A stretch of 64,000 bases of DNA from Fistulifera solaris (taxonomy: Eukaryota). Numbering within the stretch: the first letter of the stretch is position 1; every line of letters starts with the position of its first letter. The notes beneath the pieces were generated by a model that saw nothing but the letters and a program-made list of their open reading frames with translations, was not told the DNA's origin and did no database searches. This document shows, piece by piece, positions 23,514 through 36,898 of this stretch. The stretch covers positions 930,001-994,000 of the forward strand of contig AP026129.1 in the NCBI GenBank assembly GCA_030295235.1, read 5' to 3'. The position numbers and the translations under genes are program-made.

Positions 23514-25117
23514 TTACACCGCACCATGAGTCATCATTACATTCGCAACACGCATGAAGCCAAGAATAGTTGCCCCCGTGTAAAGGTCGCCACGGGCATT
23601 GAATTCAGCTGCAGTTCGTTTGACATCTTGGTAGATTCTACCGACGTGTTTTGCGAGTTCGTCATCTGTTGCTCCAGTTCCCATTGCATGCACAATGCAC
23701 GAACCGGTAAGTGTCATGACGTGCGGTCCGTATAACATGCCGCGTTTCTTAAGAGTGGCGCGTCCTTTGCTCGTGACACATGATTGCGCACCTTCGATGA
23801 TGCCCTGGCAGCCATTGTCAGCTAGCTTATTCACAGCAGCTTCGTCAATACTGTCCACGCCTTCACAGGGAAAGCAAAGGTCACAGGCGATATCCATAAT
23901 ATTTTCCGGATTATTGAACTCTGCGGTTGTGCTGGAGATGATGTATCGTCCTAGCAATGCCCCTCGCTCCTCCTTAATTTTGTTGACCGTCTTTAAGCTA
24001 CCTTCCGAAATTCCATCCGGTTCGTACACATGCCCACTTGCATCAGAAAATGTAATCGGAATTGCTCCAAATGATAACAATTTAGCAGCTAAGGAGCGAG
24101 CAACTTTGTCGCTGCCCATTATCAAGCACCGCTTTCCCTTCAAACTATCTTTCTTGTCTTGAAGCATCTCATTCGCAAAATGTGCAATACCGAATCCAGG
24201 CGACTGCGAACAAAAGAAACATTTAATGAGCGATGACCAAAATACAAACCTGTAGAAGTTGTAATCCTTACCTCAGGAAAATCTGCTGACATGAAGTAAC
24301 GCCCTGCGACGCTGGCTTTCGGGTTGATACGCTTGTATTGTCCAAACATGTAGCCCATTTCTTCCTCCGACACGCCGCTACCCATGTAAGGAAAATCCTG
24401 TTCGGGACCCAGATACTTGGAAAGTTCTGTCATGTACGATTGACAGAAGTGCTGCAACTCTGCTTCAGATTTGTCGAGAGGATTAAAGTCGGAGCAACCC
24501 ACGGCGGCCCCAGCATCGAAGCCAGTCAAAGCATTCGAGAAGACGGTGTTGAAGCTCAGAGACTTGATAATCGAATTGGTAATATGGGAGCCAAAATGCA
24601 AGCTTCCCTGGTAAGGACCAAGAGAGCTACTGTACTGAATACGGTAACCTCGATTCATTCGGATAACACCGGTATCATCAATCCACGAGACACGAAATTG
24701 AATGTAGCGTTCTGGTTCCATGAGCGTTTTTGCCAAGAAAGCATACTTCGGATTTCTGTCAAAAACCGGAGAAAGACACATCATTTTGCTCGAAATTGAA
24801 TCAATAAACTCGCGATCATACAAGTCACGACGTTTGGCCTCTTTAATGAGGAGCTGGGCCGCCTCATTTCCTGTTTTGAACCGGACGTCACCCTGACGAC
24901 GAAACAAAGGCTTGTTGCGCCATCCTTTGCTAATTTTCATCGTCTGATGAACACCTTCCTCGGAAGTGACCAGGGATTTACGAGGACTCTCTTGTAGAGA
25001 AGACGAGAAGCTTCGTGACGCTACCGACATGGTCGGCATCGTGGTGGAAAGCGCAACTCGCTTTGTCGCGACGGATCTGGCGGTAGCGATTCGCAAAACA
25101 GCTCGCGAGAACATCAT
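23514..25117 (-). CDS. NADP-glutamate dehydrogenase (GdhA-type) homologue, mitochondrial-type presequence, catalytic motifs altered
   Basis: EPERYIQFRVSWIDD..NRGYRIQYSSSLGPY, SDFNPLDKSEAE..FCQSYMTEL and GYMFGQYKRI. GT-AG intron at 24271-24204. Confidence 0.9.
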
Positions 25118-25502
25118 TGTCACAACAGTAATACGAATACTCTGCTGAAGGGTTGAATGTAAGCAAAAGGTTGCTTTTTCAATAAACTTATTGTTCGATT
25201 TTCTCGTTGCAACGCAATGTGAAGGCACTCCGTGAACCGGAGGTTGTCGAGACGCTTGTTTGCTGCCCTTATTCGGTTTCTGAACGGATTGACTCTTTAA
25301 GCTATACACAGCGAAATTGTTCGCTTCTTTTTGAGGACAGAAGGTACAGTAGCCGTATGTAGCTTCAATACGGCTTCACGAGAATAAAAGATCCGTAAGT
25401 CACGAGTTGAGAGTATCCTAGATCTAGAGATTAAACATCCACTCCTTATTGCTGTTAGTTTCGAACCTTCTTGATATTGCATCTTCTATACGAAACCGTC
25501 TT

Positions 25503-28419
25503 CTATATTTTACCATGCGCCAGATCATCATAATTGTCAATACGGACGGCTCCGACCGCTTCCATGTCAACGATTCGCGTAAACGAACGAATCGGTGTGC
25601 TCGACAAAATTCCCATCCAAACATCAATTGCACTGGACGACGAAACAAAAGTAAGATAAACTCTGTCGATGAATGCGTCCCCTATTTTCATCGTCGTGCA
25701 CTTACCTAGGATCTCGTGCTTTCGGCAAAACCGGAAGAGCCTTTTCTCCATTTTTCTTTTCGACCCAGTCATCCCCAGACGCAAAGTCGTCGCCGTTAGG
25801 TTCATCATATCGTTCTTGTCGCTCCTGTGGAAACTTCTCTATGTCTTCGGCCACACCTTCTTCGGGTAGTCCGAATCCATTGTGATCCGCATCGATGTCA
25901 GCCTCATCAGCTTCTTCGGCGACACCATCGTCCGTTGCCTTGTCTTCGTCGACTTCACCATCCTCTGCCTCACCTTCCTCGACCTCTTCGAGACGCCTTG
26001 CATCAGTCTCATCAAGGCGGCGTTGTTCTTCTGCAGTAGGGTTCCCTTTAAGATCAAGCTCGTTGGATCCGACATCAGTGCTCTCGTCAATCGTCTCAAC
26101 GTCCTCGCCAATCCACCAAGGTTCATGACCTGTCTTCTTGGCAAGTACCCGGCTCCACATGTCGTGCAATCCAGAAATGAATTCGAACGCGGCGTCATCC
26201 GACGACGAACCCCATTGAATGACTTCTCCGTAAATATCGCATCGGAAAAGACGCCCATCATCGTTACTAAATGAATGAACAATCAGCGAAGAATCGATAC
26301 GCTGGGAGAACCCGTCACCGGACATTTCATCCACCAATGCGATCCGAACCATGCGATACGCGTGATGCTGCACCTGATCCTGCCAACTCGTCACATTCCA
26401 CCGTATGTTTGAGATATGACCTTCCTTGCGTTTCCCGACAAGCATAGCAGTAGTACCTCGTATATTCTTTTCGTTGTACGGCTGCATTCCACTTTCTTTC
26501 AAGAGCTTCGGTACACTATTCAAAATGATATCCGGATCACAGTAAATAGCTTGTTTGGTGGCTACACTGAAGAATAGCCCCGGGGATAGCTTTGGGAGCA
26601 GCATTAATGCATCGTTCTTCCTCGAATGTTCAGAAAGATGGACCGGAATCAAACGCCAGAAACCATGCTGTACGATGTGGTCATCGCCCTTTAAAGATAA
26701 CAGCTTTTGGTAAAGGACACTTCGTTCCGAAACAAACGCGACGTTACAATTACCGCTTCCTCCGTTGCTATCTTCAACGAAAGGATGCGATTTATCTGAT
26801 ACACTCACCACCGTGGAAGGAAGCAACGATAAATCATCTTCCAACGCAATTGTGTACATGACGGCTCGACATCCACTCGTGAGCGCTCTCGTATACGTAA
26901 GGACATCGTCCCAGAATGTAGGAATGCACTGCGATTCGTGAGCACATTCCGAGGCACACGGAAAGACCGGTGTCCCTTTTAGACACGCTGTATCGTATCG
27001 CGAACACGAAATGGACCCCTTACTAGCAATATTTCGCGATGGAGCAAAGAGTTTACTGTGCTCCGCGGGTCGTGAGCCATATGGGTACGTCCGTTCGTAA
27101 TGCCAGGCAAGAAGCTGTTCCAGTCCATCCTTTAAATCGACTCGAGGGGGAAAAACCCAACAGCGACTCAGCCCGAGACAGTGAAGCAAACGATGCCGTC
27201 GGCGGTTCTTGTGTCGCTTCTTCCACTTGCGGAACGCCAGGAAACAAATCCACTAAATGCTTTCCAATGGTTCGTAGCGTGGTCCCTTGGCCTGATCCGA
27301 CATTAATCACGACGGGCCGCGGTTCACTTTTACTACTTCCACTGCTCAACAAGGGCCGAAATTGCATAGCCGACATGACGGCGTCGATAGCATCATCAAT
27401 GTATAAAAAGTCTCGGATATCGTCCAGGTCGGACATGGCATACGGATACTTTGCTTTGTCGTCGGGAAGAATGATCGGTGACTCACCCGCGACGATGCGT
27501 TCGGCCATTTCAAATGTCGGACTACCGGGAAGACCCCAAGGACCGTAAATATGAAAGAATCGAAGGCCCACGGAATAAATACCATCCATTTCATGATAAG
27601 TTCGAGCCATGATCTCATCCAATAGTTTCGAAACCCCGACCAAAGTCGCTGGTGTGGTGACGGGATCTTGCTCTCGAAACGGAGGTTGAAATGCGTCATG
27701 ATTACCATTGTCGGACGGTGCCAACGTTGTATTGGCTTTATGATTGTAAATTTCGGACGATGATGCGTAAACGAAATGCGGTTGTCGTCGTTCCGGGTGC
27801 TTCCTCGTAAACGACTTGATTTGTTCGAGAATCGCTTCCATCATGCCCGCTTTCGGTTGTCCTTTGATGCGTGGTATTATTTGCAGCTTTTGTTCGTCCA
27901 CTTGTTCTTCTTCATTCAAATAACCTCGGTGATAATGATCGGCAAAGTGTACGACGTGTGTAATCTCCGGATGTTGTTGAAAAATATGCGCGAGAACGGG
28001 TACTTCTCCTGAATCGTAATACTCCGGAATGGACGGTCGTAAATCCACGCGATAAAACGAGGCCGTGACACCCAAGGTCTGCAAGACCCGAAAGGCGCGT
28101 TGTCGCTTGAATTCAAACAAGGCCAAATCTTGATCGGTGCGAATCCCCATGGGGTGTGACGGCCCCAACGTACCAAAGCCCTTGTCCATCGAATCAATGC
28201 AGATGATCTTTTCGGTCGGTACGTTCGATAGAGGGCAATTGCTAGTTCCGAACCGAGAAAACCCGCGGCGCCGGTAATGACAATGACGGATTCAGGCCCT
28301 AATGCGTCGGCTAGAACTTCATGACTGGCGGAACGATGAAGAAGACCGACGAGAAGAAGGAGAAACAACGCTAGTTTCCTCGCCGAAAATCTGCGACTTG
28401 AGCTTGCTGGGTGCCTCAT
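25503..28419 (-). CDS. Membrane-anchored NAD-dependent epimerase (UDP-glucuronate 4-epimerase-like) fused to a DUF616/TOD1-MUCI70-like domain
   Basis: VITGAAGFLG, FVYASSS, GLRFFHIYGPWG and RDFLYIDD, then FPCASEC, PKLSP..F..IYCD and LFRCDIYGE. Frameshifts near 28210 and 27150; intron at about 25705-25633. Confidence 0.8.
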
Positions 28420-28835
28420 TTTCAAACTAATAAAAGTGATTTGTTCTTAATCTCACCGCGGTAGCATGAGGAAGGGAAAATAACGTAATGAAGCTATGAA
28501 AGAATAGCGTCAATTAACGATCCGTTGTCCATGGTCGATCGCCTATCTTCGCCTTTTATGGTCTTTTCATCAATGAAACGGACGTCGCCCAGTTTTGTCG
28601 CATCGTGTTCAATTGACCATGAGTCTGTTGAATACCGTGTGACTTACCAACGGACATTTACTCATTTTGTTGAAAAGGTTGCTTACTAAAATATTAATAC
28701 AAATTTGACGTTGAGAAAATATTTAGGAGTAATGGAAAAACGCTCGTTGATCCTCTTCATCCATTCCTCATCATTATTATTGTTGCTCATGTTGAAATAG
28801 AAACTCTCTCAAACAAAAAAAATCCCCACAGCAAA

Positions 28836-31344
28836 ATGGAGTCAAGGGGCTCATGGAAGCGTCCACGACGGAAACGACCGCTCATCACCAAGGATGATGA
28901 CTTAATCGAAGGAAACCATCATCGCAATGACATCACAACACCCGAATCACCTCGATACGCTCTCCAACGGTCCGCCGAATCACAAATCATTGATGAAACT
29001 GAAGATAGTCCCAGTAAACTCAAACCACAGCGTCCCGAATTCGTTCGGCTTAAATGGAAAAAAGTGGTCCTTTTCTGCTTGATGCTGAGATGTCTATGGT
29101 ATTTGGGAAGGTTGCATTCGCGGGTATTGACATCGTTAAATTCCGGCATGCCAGTCCTTCGCGTCACTCATGAAGAAAACAGGAGTAACGATGAGCTGTA
29201 CAATTCGACCTTTTCTCAACAACGGCGCAGCCGACTAGTTCCCAATCAGCACATCAAAGACGGTTCTATAAATAACGGACAACTCATTTCACTGCCAACA
29301 ATTACCATGGAGTTAAGTGGCGACGACTACAACTGGCGAGAACTGTGCCATAATGCGGGACTGAACGATCAAAGTCGAGTTGTGATCACCAACCCCTTCT
29401 TTCGGGATTCTCCTGCATCGGCACTGGCCATGTTTCTACATCATCAATGTCATGTCACGGATATTCGACTGATCGATCCGATGATGCCCGACGACCCTTC
29501 GTCGCGCGCACGCATCCTTCGACAATATCTCGCACCTTTACAGAAAAGTATCCCTACACTCCAGTCAATGGAGATTGCGACCGTGGGGAAAGCTTCGAAC
29601 TGGTTCGTACACCGACAGTACGACCAAAACATCGCTTTCGAGACACCGCCGACCCACGTGATTCATTTTCCTTTCATACACGCAGCTAGCACACTCGACG
29701 CGCGGCTTTCCGAATCGAACTTGCGACTTTTATCGTATCGCACGGCTACATTGCAAATGGAAGAGTGCCTTTGGAAAATCTTTCAAGAATCATCTACCGC
29801 ATTCTATCTACAAGTCTCGTATCCTACTTCCTATGACAAAGGCAATCCGTTGGTCTTCGGTCTTTCCCAGCAACTGTCGTCGGTCCTGTATCGCTATTCT
29901 ACTTCGATGCGGAGTGCATCGAGAAATCAATTGCATCTGTTGCCGACCTTTGGACCTGGGGTTCTGGCAACGACTGAGAAGTTCTTCTCTACTTCGGTTT
30001 ATATTGAGGACGCTCTGGCCGCAATGCTGATGGCGTTGCGTCCGTCCCTGCACCCAATTCGCTACGTGCTTCCACGTTCTGTTGAAGTACCACCGAAGCG
30101 AATCCCGAAATGGTCCTGGCTCCGATCCAAGAAGCTTCACAGTGACGATAACCGATCCTTGCAATCGCTGGCGTGGTTGGCTGATCACGAACACAACATT
30201 CATAAGTATGTCCAAGTGGAGAACACCCTTGTGGAGCCGTTGCAAGCTGCGTCTTTACGAAATAGCGACTGGTTGGGTTTACGAAAACCGACCTTTCCTT
30301 GCATCTCTTCCTGTGGCGGTCCTGCATCGCGCTGCGAGCCCTCGATTTGGGACGACATTGCACCTGTCAGTCGAAAGGCCACTGCTAATTGCAGCCACGT
30401 TGCCTATCAGGTCGATCTAGACAAAGAACTGAATGCTCTTCCCGAAATATCGCCTCGTATACCAAAAACTCTGTCGTTTGGCATTCGTTTCTGCCTCGGC
30501 TCCCGTTGTGAATGTAGCCATCCAGCAAGCTATGCAAGACGGAGAGGAAATTACAAGTGATACGACAGGCTCATTAAAAGATCATGTTCAAAAGATGAAC
30601 GGAAGGCTAGTTTACTCTGGATGGACTCTTATTTGGGTATCCCCGCCCGACCATGTACTCAGTCAGGGCGACAATGCTATTCCAATAATCGACCCGACGG
30701 CACTGTTTGCCGACCACATAGAAAAAGTCATGTACGTGGGGAGTCCTTCACTCGCTGCTACGGCAGATGTTGCCCTCCGTCAGATCATGCAAAGCACAGA
30801 TCGCACCCTTTCCACCGGGGACAAGGTCAAGGAGACCCGCCGTGGTGTATCAGGACATCGCTGGATCATCACGGAACCGTACAAAGCAAGAAAGACGGTC
30901 TTCTTTGTGGGTGGAGCAGGTCCCATGTACATACCTCAAAACGTTTCCGACTTTGCTGACATGGTGAGGGATTTCGTCAAACTTCCACACCATCAACTAT
31001 CGTTCTATAAGCGCGTTGTAGATCTCTCCCGTCACGAGGATATGAACAGCATGAAAGCTGTTGAATTCCAATTTGTTTGGGTTGCGCTCTCTGTTTTCAT
31101 ACACGATTTGAAATCGAAAGAAGCCCAGACGTTTCGTTGCGAGTGGTTCAATGAATACATGGCATGGGGCGACAACAGGAATGCCGAAGAACTCAGTCTC
31201 GCGTTTCTGTTAGGATTGAAACGTATGGAAGGAATTATGGGCCCCGAAAAGGAAAAGAGCTGGTTTCCATTCCTCGATAGCGACGGAAATCAAATTTTGA
31301 CGAGTCGAGACGAAGAAGTATTCTTCCGTATTTTGAGTCAGTAG
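28836..31344 (+). CDS. Divergent paralogue of the neighbouring epimerase-DUF616 fusion, type II membrane protein
   Basis: SRVVITN, PTHVIHF, LPTFGPG, VYIEDALAAM, FPCISSC..CEPSIWDD and FRCEWFNEY..EELSLAF. Frameshift near 30465. Confidence 0.7.
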
Positions 31345-31519
31345 CTACGTATCAAGGCATGTAACTCGACTGTGGGACCACTAAACGCTAATTTGATCAC
31401 GTTAAGTTTTTAAAGATGAATTTGTGATGAACACACCTGGTTTGTGACTCAATGTTAAAGCCGTGAGAAATCTATGCAAGGGATTTGTCCTTCCCTCCGT
31501 GCGAAGGCGCCGAGATGGC

Positions 31520-32640
31520 TTACTCATTGATATCTAAATCGTTCAGAAACTCACACAACATGTCGGCGTGGTTTGACAAAAGCAGTGCAGTATGCTTCAT
31601 GCACACGCTCTCTATCAGCGCGGGCGCCACCAGCAATGGTCGCAATGTTGGAGAGATTCTTTAACTAGCGATTCTGATCCATGATAGAATCGATTGAATA
31701 GATACAACCTGTCAATACTTGAACCATTCAAACACTTTTTACCCGAGCGATTCACAACACTTATCATTTGATTTTTGGGAGAGCAGCTGCTCTAACCACG
31801 AATAAGTAGGATCCTCCGTTGGATAGCGTGGCACAGCGAACGTCCGTAGCATCTTGTGTTCTTCCAAAGCCTTGAACACATTTTCCAGGTGGGGACCCCA
31901 GTTCCACGGCATAAATGTATTGCTCAAATCCAAATGCTTCAGATTGGGATTGCCCTTGATCACATTCACCAGCGCTGCTGCGAGGCCGCCCCACCGTCTT
32001 TGAATCGAAAACCACTCCCTTCGCCAAAACCAGACCGGGTCAGTGTCAGATGCAAAGGATACGGCCTTGACCCTAGAATAGCGGTCTGCTCCGGAGTCCA
32101 GATTCCCGCTTGCAACCTATACTGCCGCGTCGGGTTGGCGTCCAACATTTGAGCCAGGTGCTCGGGCTTCAGTGCCGACATGCAGAACGAGGAATTCGAC
32201 ATGTCGAGATCAATTTCGAGACGAGCTCCATTCTTTCCTCCATCTTTCAACGACAAGAAGAATGCCAGCGTCTCGGCAATTTTCTCATCATCGTTACCAA
32301 AAATACAACCCACTACTTTTCTTCGTTTACCGGCGTGATATAGGTCGAAGCACACATTCCGTTCCGGATGTCGTTTGTGAGCTTCATCACCAATCACAAT
32401 GACTGTTTCGTTGCCACGCCAAAAGAGACAATGATGATGCATTTCTTTCCAATTGAATTCATCCAGACTCATCGGTTCTCACAGAAATCTGTAAATATCA
32501 TAGTAGATCGAGTATTTTAAGAAAGAAAGTAATTCTTTTGCCGCGCCGACAAGGCGTACTCTGAGACCTTTTCGAGTAAAGGATTTTTCTTCGGTCGCTT
32601 CGCTTTGCGCGGCTTGAGCTGAGAGATGTAAGTTCGCCAT
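31520..32640 (-). pseudogene. Degenerate member of a lineage-expanded LRR/RNI-like hypothetical family
   Basis: Starts MANLHLSAQ, has an in-frame TGA near 32480, then EPMSLDEF..LFWRGNET, LAQMLDANPTR, SRPYPLHLTL, FKDGGAA and NPNLKHLDLS, with frameshifts. Confidence 0.65.
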
Positions 32641-33147
32641 TCATCATAGTCATCAATATCGCTCATGCTTTTAGTGGGCTCGTGGATTGAAGCATGTTTA
32701 CTATCGCAGTACTTGCTTATTATTATCTAGCGCAATGCACATTTTTGCCGCCGTCGTTATATTATCGTCATTCATCACGTTCATCGCATAGTGGGAGGTT
32801 TTTGCTTCCGGGAAAGATCCATCATCACGATGTGACATGTCTTTTCGGTTGTGTACCGAATAGACGCAATCATACGAACTGAATATAGTGGGTGCGGTAC
32901 CGTATGTTTTGACACTGGAATGAAATGTAGTCTTGTGTCACGTGAAAGTCGTACGTCACACAACGCGACATAAACGTCTCGGATGATGGTTTGGTCGATC
33001 TTTCTCGTTGTTGGCTCGACGACATTCATTTCACGACGTTGCAGGAAAGAGCACGACGATTTATCGGCATTGATTTTCCGGCATTGTCATTATTTGAACG
33101 CTTCTCATTAGTAATATATTCTGACGCTTTTACTTGTTTCTGCAAAA

Positions 33148-34105
<958 letters not shown>

Positions 34106-34106
34106 G

Positions 34107-34168
34107 CGACATGACAATTACTAAAATAAACAATGACTAATCAGCAGCTACATAGACGAATTGAACAT
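34107..34168 (+). repeat. 62-bp direct repeat, copy 1 (pairs with 35311-35372)
   Basis: Ungapped alignment; 54 of 62 positions identical by manual count. Confidence 0.9.
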
Positions 34169-34428
34169 GTTTACATGGTAAAATAAACTTGAACGAAATC
34201 AATATCAGAAACGTTATTGTGCTCCCGACTCTATCATGTCTCGTGTCCCATCTACAACCAATCCTTATCCCTGATTTAGGATGTAAGACGCCAAGTTCAC
34301 GAATGAAATATTTGCCATGTTCTTTTGCAGTTTGCACGTCTCGTCCACCATCATTCATTTCGAACGTCGAACGCGAATCTGCACAAAAAAGAACGTTCTT
34401 CCTGAAATCAAACGAATTGTAGAAAAAA

Positions 34429-35184
34429 GTGATGACAATGAAAACAGCACTTCCAGCTTTTGACCTCAACACAGCTCGCTTTGAAGAACTCGCCGACAAG
34501 CGTTGCAATGAGACTTTCTTGTTGACATTGAAATTCCAGTCCGCTCCATACGACAAGTGCTTTGCAGCACTGCAGAATCTTACTTGTTCCACAAGTCGGG
34601 GATTGAATATCACAAGCTGCGGTCCGGGGGAAGGTTGCTTGGGTTATATATACGGTACTTACAATGCTCTCAACAACGGGTTCAACCGGCCCGACAGCTC
34701 CATCGAAGAGGATCTGGTTGTCGGCGTTAACTCGGTCTTCTGGGTTTCGACCGACGACGAGATGAAAACCCCCGAAGGTTTTTCTCCAGCCAATGACACC
34801 GATCTGGTTACTCACCGATTCAACGCAATATCTAACGAAATTGAGCAGCAGCTGTTGTTCTCATCATATTCGGGATACGAAGATGAAGATGTGCACATGT
34901 TACTGACAGAACTGGGTGGTCTCGAAGTGTTTGGAATACGGTCACAGATTGACGAGATAGGACCTTTTAATTTCACTACCTGGGGGTTCATAAATTACCC
35001 TTCTGCGCCAGTTCTTGATCGCTCACGTACAAACAAGAAAGACGGATTGCCGAGAACAGTGAGCACCATTGCCGTTGTCGTTGCTCTCTTTATTTTTCTT
35101 TGCTATCGACGAGTGGTCGACGATGATTTGGAACTCCCTGACTACCTGCTATCGGATAGCGAATCCGACGATGAAATGGAATAG
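34429..35184 (+). CDS. Short paralogue of the VWA membrane proteins, lacking the VWA domain
   Basis: LNTARF..RCNET..YDKCFAAL..TC..SCGPGEGC.GY matches the N-termini of the genes at 36899 and 39344. It has a C-terminal TM and no DxSxS motif. Confidence 0.6.
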   Translation: MMTMKTALPAFDLNTARFEELADKRCNETFLLTLKFQSAPYDKCFAALQNLTCSTSRGLNITSCGPGEGCLGYIYGTYNALNNGFNRPDSSIEEDLVVGVNSVFWVSTDDEMKTPEGFSPANDTDLVTHRFNAISNEIEQQLLFSSYSGYEDEDVHMLLTELGGLEVFGIRSQIDEIGPFNFTTWGFINYPSAPVLDRSRTNKKDGLPRTVSTIAVVVALFIFLCYRRVVDDDLELPDYLLSDSESDDEME

Positions 35185-35310
35185 CTATAGTAATTTTTAT
35201 ACATTTTATTATCACTCTTTCCGTCTTGTTTTGCTTAGTGATAATTGTGTTTTGCCTTAGACTGAGTTAATTCGCCAATGAAATGATGATTGAGGGTGCT
35301 ATTTAAGGAT

Positions 35311-35372
35311 CGACATGACAATCACTAAAAGAATCAAAGAATATTCAGCAGCTACGTACACGAATTGAACAT
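35311..35372 (+). repeat. 62-bp direct repeat, copy 2
   Basis: CGACATGACAAT..TCAGCAGCTAC..CGAATTGAACAT, shared with 34107-34168. Confidence 0.9.
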
Positions 35373-35406
35373 CTATGCGCTGATCGCGTTCCTATTTCTC
35401 GTAGTA

Positions 35407-35703
35407 TCACGCTTTGGAAACATGGTCGTTATTGCTGTCGCTATCACTGCTATCATCGCCATCTTCCTGCAGACTCGCCAATAAAGCTTGTGCCAGTCTT
35501 TCTTCCGCTTGCCGTTGTTGTTCTTGTGCTACCGATTGCGAGGTATCGTTCGATTGTAACAAAGAACGTTCGTCCTCCAGCAGTTGATTTAGCGCTTCGC
35601 GCAAACAATTCTCTTGTTGATCCAGTTGTACATATTGTTCGTCGAGTTGTTGAATTTGTTGCAGTGCGTTTTGTAGAAATGGTTGTTCTTGGTGTTCACT
35701 CAT
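35407..35703 (-). CDS. Small Gln/Glu-rich coiled-coil hypothetical protein
   Basis: 98-aa ORF with ATG, heptad-like LQQIQQLDEQYVQLDQQENCLREAL and an acidic tail. Confidence 0.55.
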   Translation of the reverse strand: MSEHQEQPFLQNALQQIQQLDEQYVQLDQQENCLREALNQLLEDERSLLQSNDTSQSVAQEQQRQAEERLAQALLASLQEDGDDSSDSDSNNDHVSKA

Positions 35704-36898
35704 GTTTCATTCGTTTCGACTACATTATTAAGAGGATTGTCCTCAGAAGGGAACGAGAAATAATAATGAAGGACGAAATCGTTGGCCTGCGACGTATAAA
35801 CCCAACACTGTACCGTACTGTATGTACCGGGTAGGATTGATGGTACCGGTACCAGTAAGGGTAAAGTGGTCCGAAAATGGACCCCACAAGACGTATTTTA
35901 TTATCAGCATTTTAATACCAGTCCAATACCAGTCTCAGTAGTAGTCTTTACGAAACCAGGAAACCAGCTGCACTCTGTACCAGTACAAAGAGAAAATTGT
36001 CAGTACCGCTTTACGCTTTACCGTTTAACAAAAATAGGAGTACGTAGTAAGGCTTGTCACGAAAAACTAAGAAAGTGATTGATTCTTGCTTTACGTCGTC
36101 TCCTATGTTTGGTTATTCATGTCGATTATGTCGGTTGATCATCTTGTCTTTATCTTGCTTGTTGACTGGTCGATTTGTCGTTTTCTTGCGTGCTTTGCTG
36201 CTTGTTAGCAAAGATCCTTCAAGAAAGCAAATAATGACATTGTTGCCCCGTCAAGTCATCCTTCGTAGCTAAAATCAAGACTTTGAGCTCTCAATCGTAC
36301 CCTAGAGCCTAGAGCCATCTTCGCTAGTTTAATTGTTTCCAGGAGTTGGTTTCTTCTTGTGAATTGTATGATTTAATGTGATGATTGAAACGACGAAAAA
36401 TGGACGTTTGATATGACAATTTTTGCTGAGGCCATAGTGTGGGAAGTGGGAACCGGTAACAGATTTCGTACAGTATCGATTATGACAGGCAAATCTTGGT
36501 GCGACACTGTATCACGTCATTATTTTTGGGGGGAGAGCGTCAAACGTCGGACGATGTTCCAAGTTCCGAATTATCCATCATCCAAAAAAATCCAAGAAGT
36601 TTGAATCGTGGATACCAAAATCCATCTAGGCGCTCTGCGCGGAACGGTTTGCATTTGGATGCATTTTCAACAAACGTCGATAAATTCTGTTCGGTGTTCT
36701 GTAATTCCAAGAAAATACCCCCATCCTCGGTATTCGCCTTGTTCTCATTCAGTCGATTTAGTACCAAGGCTACCAAATCTCACGCGTAAATAGTGCATGT
36801 AGGTGTGTCGGAATACCAAAAGATCATCAATTCATTACCCTCATTTATTCGGAATTTGTGTCCAAGTTCATTCAGTGAAAGTCTCTCTTATCAGTAAG

